Source: Macrostomum lignano (taxonomy: Eukaryota). From it: a DNA stretch of 43,416 nt. Of this stretch, positions 36,110 to 43,416 are shown in pieces. The stretch covers positions 1-43,416 of the forward strand of contig NIVC01003496.1 in assembly GCA_002269645.1 (NCBI GenBank). Direction: 5' to 3'. Position 1 is the first letter of the stretch. Every line of letters begins with the position of its first letter. The notes under the pieces were generated by a model that saw only the letters and a list, made by a program, of their open reading frames with translations, was not told where the DNA came from and ran no database searches. The position numbers and the translations under genes are program-made.

Positions 36110-37463
36110 CTGATGCCATTTCCCAATTCTCCCTTTCCTCCCCTGATGCCATTTCCCAATTCTCCCTTTCCTCCCCTGATGCCATTTCCCAATTCTCCCT
36201 TTCCTCCCCTGATGCCATTTCCCAATTCTCCCTTTCCTCCCCTGATGCCATTTCCCAATTCTCTCTTTCCTCCCCTGATGCCATTTCCCAATTCTCTCCT
36301 TTCCTCCCCTGATGCCATTTCCCAATTCTCCCTTTCCTCCCCTGATGCCATTTCCCAATTCTCCCTTTCCTCCCCTGATGCCATTTCCCAATTCTCCTTT
36401 CCTCCCCTGATGCCATTTCCCAATTCTCCCTTTCCTCCCCTGATGCCATTTCCCAATTCTCCCTTTCCTCCCCTGATGCCATTTCCCAATTCTCCCTTTC
36501 CTCCTCCCCTGATGCCATTTCCCAATTCTCCCTTTCCTCCCCTGATGCCATTTCCCAATTCTCCCTTTCCTCCCCTGATGCCAATTTCCCAATTCTCCCT
36601 TTCCTCCCCTGATGCCATTTCCCAATTCTCCCTTTCCTTCCCCCCTGATGCCAATTCCCAATTCTCCCTTTCCTCCCCTGATGCCATTTCCCAATTCTCC
36701 CTTTCCTTCCTCCCCTGATGCCATTTCCCAATTCTCCCTTTCCTCCCCTGATGCCAATTCCCAATTCTCCCTTTCCTCCCCTGATGCCATTTCCCAATTC
36801 TCCCTTTCCTTCCTCCCCTGATGCCATTTCCCAATTCTCCCTTTCCTCCCCTGATGCCAATTCCCAATTCTCCCTTTCCTCCCCTGATGCCATTTCCCAA
36901 TTCTCTCCTTCCTCCCCTGATGCCAATTCCCAATTCTCCCTTTCCTCCCCTGATGCCATTTCCCAATTCTCTCTTTCCTCCCCTGATGCCATTTCCCAAT
37001 TCTCCCTTTCCTTCCTCCCCTGATGCCAATTCCCAATTCTCCCTTTCCTCCCCTGATGCCAATTCCCAATTCTCCCTTTCCTCCCCTGATGCCATTTCCC
37101 AATTCTCTCTTTCCTCCCCTGATGCCATTTCCCAAATCTCCCTTTCCTCCCCTGATGCCATTTCCCAAATCTCCCTTTTCTCCCCTGATGCCATTTCCCA
37201 ATTCTCCCTTTCCTCCCCTGATGCCATTTCCCAATTCTCCCTTTCCTTCCTCCCCTGATGCCATTTCCCAATTCTCGCTTTCCTCCCCTGATGCCATTTC
37301 CCAATTCTCCCTTTCCTCCCCTGATGCCATTTCCCAATTCTCCCTTTCCTCCCCTGATGCCATTTCCCAATTCTCCCTTTCACCCCCTGATGCCATTTCC
37401 CAATTCTCTCCTTCCTCCCCTGATGCCATTTCCCAATTCTCTCCTTCCTCCCCTGATGCCATT
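36110..37463. repeat. 33-bp pyrimidine-rich minisatellite CTGATGCCATTTCCCAATTCTCCCTTTCCTCCC, ~40 units, with length variants
   Basis: Direct inspection; explains all ORFs between 35996 and 37673. Confidence 0.97.
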
Positions 37464-37967
37464 TTTATTTCCGGTCCCGCGGCCCGCACCGGTCCTGCCC
37501 GTCTCCCCATGCCAGTACGGGCGGAATCCATGCGATATTTAAGTAGAGTTTTATTTCGTATTACAGTGGATTTAATGAATTCAGTCCAGTCGCAATTGAA
37601 GCCGGGTGTAATGTCCGGCTCTGCAGGTCAGTCCCGCCCGCAGAATTGCACAATTGGCTTTGCTATTTTTTAATTACCTCTCCACCAGAGCACCGGACAG
37701 CCAAAATAATAATAAGCTCAGCTAATTCTCTACAACTCTTTACGCACGGCTTTGCGCTTCTGTACAAATTATGCAAGTTTTTCTTTGCGTCTGCTGCTTT
37801 TTTATTGCGAGCAGTTTTTAATTTTTTATATTCTGCTGTTTAATAGCTGGCAGGGGCTCTGATGCGTTGGAAATAATGCTAGACTGGCTTCTGCATTGGA
37901 TTTTTTAAAGTAGTATATTTGCCGCTTCAGTTTGATGGGGAGAATGCTTGAGACAGAATGGTAGGAA

Positions 37968-38477
37968 GATAGGGAGACAGAATGGTAGGAAGATAGGGAG
38001 ACAGAATGGTAGGAAGATAGGGAGACAGAATGGTAGGAAGATAGGGAGACAGATAGGTAGGGAGGTACGAGCGTAGGTAGAGAGATAGTGAGGTAAGGTA
38101 CTCGTAGGTATGAAGATAGGTATGTAGGAAGGTAGGTAGGAAGGTAGGTTAGGCATTGCAAACTGCAAAGTCTGTAGGCATTGCAAACACGTACGTAGAT
38201 AGGCATACAGACCCGTAGGTAGGTAGACCTACAGACCCGTAGGTAGGTAGACATACAGACACGTAGGTAGGTAGAAATACAGACACGTAGGTAGGTAGAC
38301 ATACAGACACGTAGGTTAATAGATAGGTAGACATACAAACCCGTAGGTAGGTAGACATACAGACACGTAGGTAGGTAGACATACAGACACGTAGGTAGGT
38401 AGACATACAGACCCGTAGGTAGGTAGACATACAGACACGTAGGTTGATAGGTAGGTAGACATACAGACACGTAGACA
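37968..38477. repeat. Two adjacent 24-bp minisatellites (AGACAGAATGGTAGGAAGATAGGG; ACATACAGACACGTAGGTAGGTAG)
   Basis: Direct inspection. Confidence 0.9.
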
Positions 38478-38481
38478 TTAA

Positions 38482-40123
38482 AAGTAGAAAGACCATGGGA
38501 GTCTATTTCAAATACACACATTTTTCCTTTGTCTGGATCTCCAAAAATATTCAGCCAATTGCCATGAAAATCCAGAACACGGGCTACAATTTTCCGCTCG
38601 ATTCGATGAAGCAACTTCGAGAATCACGTAAAATCGGCATCGTCGAGATATTCAACGATTCTCCTCGGGGTGTCTGGTGGCAAAAACCACCAACATTGGC
38701 AATTTTTTTCTGCTCACAAAATCTCATCATGAAACCACGTCGGCTCAACAAACTATGCATATTAGTCGTAAAGGCCTTTGTTCTCAGCATCCCAGGCACC
38801 AGGGTCCCCTTCATCACCGTCTGGAGCATCGGCGGCGACCGTCGGGACCTTCAACAAAAGCACCCGATCGGCGTCTAACAGACGGCTGCGTTCCCAAAAC
38901 TGAAATGGAAGAATCCTCTTCTGCATGCAGCATTCAGTCAGTAGACACAATCGGTGAATGAAATTGGACGATGGCGACCCTCTAGGCTGACATGTAGACA
39001 TACAGGCGACCTTCGGGACCTTCAATGGAGTGCCACCACGCGGCCCCGACGAGCTGTCACCCCCAACATCGTGATTTTTCTATCAAGGCACCAGACCAGG
39101 CATGTCTGCATATTATACAATGGTCCTGCACCATGTTCAGCATTCAGCTCTGTCTGGACGACCTTCGGGACCTTCAACGGAGTGCCACCACGCGGCCCCG
39201 ACGAGCTGACACAGCCAACATCGTGATTTTTTCTATCAAGACACCAGACCAGGCATGTTTGCATATTATACAATGCTTTTGCACCATGGTAAATTGGAAA
39301 CTGCCGAAAATCGTCAGCGGACTGCCACAACGGACAAGCTCTACGGCATCCGACACCTTTGTCAGTCAGCTGCGCCATGCTGTCCTATGCTGTCCTGCTG
39401 TCCTACGACGCCTACCTCTGCGTCGAGGAAACTCTGGTTGTCTACTGGGGTGTGGACTGTGACTGTGACTGTGACTTCTGAAGGAGAAGCCCGTCGCAAT
39501 GGTGCCAAGCTGTTCCTGCTGACATCGGCTGGGAATCCAGAGATTCAGGATGACATGGACATCCGCTATGTGTTCAATGCGGAAATCTGCACTGGCAAAG
39601 GAACAATGCTGTCCACTACTTTTGCATCACAGGACTCCGATGCTCGGCTGGCCAAGGGCTCAGAAGTGTGGAATGGTGAGCAAGTTGTTTGCCGCTTGGC
39701 TGATCCATTCAGAGGACACTGGTACAGCATCACATGTGACAGATTCTTCTCGAGTCCTGCGCTGGCCAATCACTTGTATCGAGAAATGGGATTCACGTTT
39801 CTTGGAACAGCGATGCACACTCGTGGTGGCCTGCCAGCCGATCTCAAGAATTCAACTCAAAGCATGGCTCCACACACGAGCGAATTCCGGTTTTCTAAGG
39901 AGCTCCGTGTGTGTCCTACTGCCCAAGACGGGCCCGTCTGTGAGACGCCGATCGGGTGCTTTTGTTGAAGGTCCCGACGATCGCCGCCGATGCTCCAGAC
40001 GGTGATGACTTTTACGAAGATCGGTAATTCGGTTTGCGAGCTATCGTGAAGTGGGTCGTGTGTATTTGTAATACACCCCCGTGGTCTTTCCCCATGAGGA
40101 AAAAAAGCGTGGTCTTTCTACTG
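38482..40123 (+). mobile_element. Non-autonomous piggyBac derivative, 1642 bp
   Basis: TTAA at 38478-38481 and 40124-40127; termini AAGTAGAAAGACC and GGTCTTTCTACTG; subterminal homology ...TATT.CAAATACACAC; piggyBac transposase remnant inside. Confidence 0.88.
39255..39968 (+). pseudogene. Frameshifted, C-terminally truncated piggyBac (DDE_Tnp_1_7-like) transposase
   Basis: TDKLYGIRHL; YLCVEETLVVYWG (other frame); YVFNAEICTGK; VVCRLADPF; SITCDRFFSSPALANHL; FLGTAMHTRGGLP. Confidence 0.85.
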
Positions 40124-41904
40124 TTAAAGCAGACAGACACCACTGTATGGTGTGAGACACTGTGAAACAGACACTAGGACACTTAGACACTACTGTAGGA
40201 CACTAAGACAGACACTAGGAGTCTAAGACAGACTGACAGACAGGCAGACAGGTGGGCGGACAGACAAAGCGAACTGCTCGGTCAGACGTACACAGAAGGC
40301 ACAGGAGAAGCAGACAGAGAAGGAGTCAAAAACTGTGCAGTGGCGAGTCGAGTTTGTTGGAAACCGGGCCTTAAGGCGGTTTCTTGAGAGCAGCTCCTGT
40401 GAGAGAATGCCAGATAAGGCCGAATAAACTGAGAGCAGCTGCCTTCCTCCTGAGTGCCGCCGCGTATTTGCCTTTCATCTGCAAGCTGAGCCGCCTGCAG
40501 CGAGCCCAGCATATTTTCGAGCTTTTTAGCGGCCAGCTCAAGCTCAGATGTGAGAGAAAAAAACGATTCAATGAATGCCTAAAGCAATCAGCCAAAAGCT
40601 CGCAGACTCTTCAGAATTAAAATTGATTGCGTCATCATTCGACTTGTCAGCTGGCGGTTTCTCCCACTCATTTTTTGCCTCGTCCCATGAGTAGAGCAAG
40701 CGGCGGTGAACTTTAAAAACGATTTGGGAGTTGAATGAACTGCGTGAAGGGCCTACTTAAATTCGACTGCCTGGGTGAGGGGGCGAGGGCTGGAGAGACT
40801 GAGAGATGACTTCAAGACCCACCTGGCTCCGTTCGCACCTCAGCACAGCTCGATACGAGATTGACTAGGAGCCCGCGAATTCTGGCTGCTGAGGCGCCGA
40901 TCAAACATATTCAAGCATTGTCTAAGCTTAAAATTTAAGGCTCGAGATTGCTAAATAAGATGTTCAAAACTGGAGCGTTGAGTTTTGAAAAGCACATTTG
41001 CAAAGCAAGTAGTTTCTGATTCAGTTGTGTGGCTCGCATCTGCCGTGTGCGCTTGCCGCAATGCAGCAGGCAGTGTTGGTCAGCGGGTGTCAGTCCGTCA
41101 GCCTGCCTATCCGCTGCCACTAGAGGCCCGCACTCCCTGCCTCCCCACTATCTCCCGCCCGCCTGCTCGTACTTCCCTCCGTCTGCCCCCCATCCCCTTC
41201 CCTGCCTCCTGCCCATCCTGCAGTTTCGCCTGTCCGGACACCAGCGCAGTCGCAGCTCATTTGTCGCTGAATGCGCCTGCCCGCCGCAGCCCCCTCCGTT
41301 CAAGCCAGCGGCCACCCCGGCATCCCCCTGTCTGTCTGTCCGGCCAGTCCAGGGTCGGCTCCCAACACTGGCTCAGTCACCGCCTCTGCACCGGCTACAC
41401 ACACACACACCCTTTCCCTCATTCGCCCCCCCCCCTTTAGGAGGCCCTCCCTGCCGCGCCCGGTCTCTCCCTCTCCCTTCTTCTCCTCCCTTATTCTAGA
41501 GCAAATCCCAAGTGCCACAAAGTCTTCCCCTTCGCCGCCTTGCCCGCCCGAATTTCGCCGTCTCTCCAACCGCCGGGAGTGTGCCTCGTGTCTTCTCATC
41601 CCGGCCTTGCCCGCTCCGGTACTCTCTCCTGCCTGTCCTCTGGCCCACCAGAATTGGGACACTCCCAACTCGAAAAGAGAGCTGCCTTGGAAAGTATCGA
41701 AATAAGAGATTATCAAAACCTCTCAACAGCAGCCGGGGGAAATCCTTCGGTAAAACTGCTCAGTCTGCCCGCCTGTGTCCCTTTCTCTCTGTCTCTCTCT
41801 CTACGTCATCAGAGTCTGCTGCTCGAGCATTTCAACACTAGAGCGTAAGTTTGTATAGTTTATTAAATAATTGTTTATGCAGTTACGTTATATAGCTGAG
41901 TTAA

Positions 41905-42020
41905 GCAGTCTTGGTCGTGGTTAGTAAGTACGCAGGGGATTCGGTTTGCGGCAAGCCATTAAGGCAGTGGGCGGAGCAGCTCAGCGCCATGATCCCTGGT
42001 TCGAATCCATGCGGGGCCAC
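41905..42020 (+). other. Degenerate tRNA-like or SINE-head sequence
   Basis: Perfect B box GGTTCGAATCC at 41998-42008 followed by ...GCGGGGCCA; only a weak A box upstream. Confidence 0.3.
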
Positions 42021-42966
42021 ATAATCATCACCACATAACATAAGGCCACACCCGCAGCCTTTCTTAGACTATTAATATTATATATTCCATAAATACACCC
42101 TTAAGTTCACATTGGTTTAGCTTTATGAATGTTCTAAACAGACCATTCTGATGTGGTCCATATATATTTGAATGTGTTATAAATTCCAGCACTTGAGGTG
42201 AATGCATTTCAGTAACTCTAAATAGCCCGCTGTGTGAGTCAAGCTTCCCAGCTTTAGCTGGTAACTACTCACCATGCGTGATTTTTAGCCAGCAGCATTG
42301 CTCACCACCCCGCAGAGATCATGCAGCCTTGGGAAGTGGGGGGGTCGCATTGGAGAAGGAGGAGGGGGGAGAGTTGCTGCGGGACAGCCTCGCTTTTCCT
42401 GTCGCAGTCGATTCTTTATATTGTATAAGTCCTTGTCCGTTTCGGAGACTCGGAGTGGAGCCACGTGCTCTTCGCTTGTTCGGCTTGAGCATGCCGCAGT
42501 TCCCGGATCCGATTTCGCCTCATCATTTTTTTTCTCTTCAAGATTCTCTCGTGCCCCGCGGCCTTCTGTGCCAGTTTTTTTTCTCTTCCTCTCTCGCGCT
42601 CTCTCCTAGAAGCTCGAATTGCTTATCGATTTTAATTCTGCAGAATAAGCTGAGAGAGAGAGGGAGAGACTGGGCGAGTACCGCCCGACGCGTTAGTATA
42701 ATTTATTCTTTTTAAAGGCTAATGTTCTCCAAGTTGCTTCTTACGGTAGTAGGATATTTTGTAAACTACAAGCGAGGCGCCTGTTGCTCAATGAACTTTA
42801 TCTCCATCTATAATCCTCAGTGAGCATTCGAGCCCTCCTCTGCTTTCATTATTTGAGTGCTCGCGTCTTCTTACTGCCCCGCCCATCCGGCTCCGCCGCC
42901 TCTCTGCCGCTCCTCTTGTTGCCCATCGGCCAGCCATTTGCAGCGGCTAACGGTCTACTACGCACT

Positions 42967-42969
<3 letters not shown>

Positions 42970-43018
<49 letters not shown>

Positions 43019-43030
43019 CTCTCTCTCCTC

Positions 43031-43093
<63 letters not shown>
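42970..43093. repeat. (CT)n microsatellite
   Basis: Direct inspection. Confidence 0.97.
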
Positions 43094-43097
<4 letters not shown>

Positions 43098-43416
43098 CTT
43101 ATTGCCAAACCCCAAAATCGGACTAGGGGAAGGGGAGGCTCGGCAGAAGTTTGGAGGTCTCTTCACATGCCTACCATGCTGCTGCAACCGACTGCTCACT
43201 TTACCACTCGCTCATTTCTCATTCTCCTGTCTTCCTCCCAATCTCCCTCAGCCCTGGAGACAGGCGAGGCTGGTTGCTGGCCCTGTTGAGGCCTGGGCCG
43301 CTGCTGCACTTTTTTGCTAGCTGGCAGGGATGCAGCCTCCCGGGTCTTTGTTGATTTATTGTATTGCCAGCCGCCTCTATTGCGAATCCCTGGGGTGGAA
43401 TTGGACCGCTTCTGCT

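Noticed and set aside
35996-37673. Repetitive ORFs (ENWEMASGEER, GKGELGNGIRG) resembling structural proteins
   Set aside because: A 33-bp unit is open in several frames on both strands, and indel variants shift frames freely, so there is no coding constraint.
40985-43354. Pro/Ser-rich overlapping ORFs
   Set aside because: GC-rich and (CT)n low-complexity sequence, open in many frames, with no motifs.

Overview
Eukaryotic, intron-containing, extremely repeat-rich animal DNA. A free-living flatworm such as Macrostomum is my inference from the RNW-type orphan GPCR, GC-rich exons and satellite-stuffed introns. There are no prokaryotic features and no CRISPR array; most long ORFs in the track are artefacts of tandem repeats. 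Host genes: a 3-exon class A orphan GPCR (4.5-7.8 kb, +), the 3' exons of an EF-hand-like uncharacterised gene (15.2-16.8 kb, +), a small PH-like ORF (19.6-20.0 kb, +), an apparently complete, intron-poor ATP11-type P4-ATPase flippase (21.3-25.0 kb, -), and 5' exons of a Gly/Pro/Gln/Tyr-rich gene (33.9-35.1 kb, +). Mobile DNA: a tRNA-derived SINE, five hAT-type MITE copies with perfect 8-bp TSDs, a decayed EnSpm/CMC transposon (transposase plus DUF4806-like ORF) carrying nested insertions, and a TTAA-flanked piggyBac derivative. The most striking observation is a ~298-bp MITE, in two independent inverted insertions, that carries a 64-nt piece of 28S rRNA (helix 69-71, the R2/I-PpoI/Pokey target region) scrambled specifically at the cleavage site. 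The TE block also shows strong CpG decay while neighbouring exons are CpG-rich. All family assignments are from recalled motifs, not database searches.
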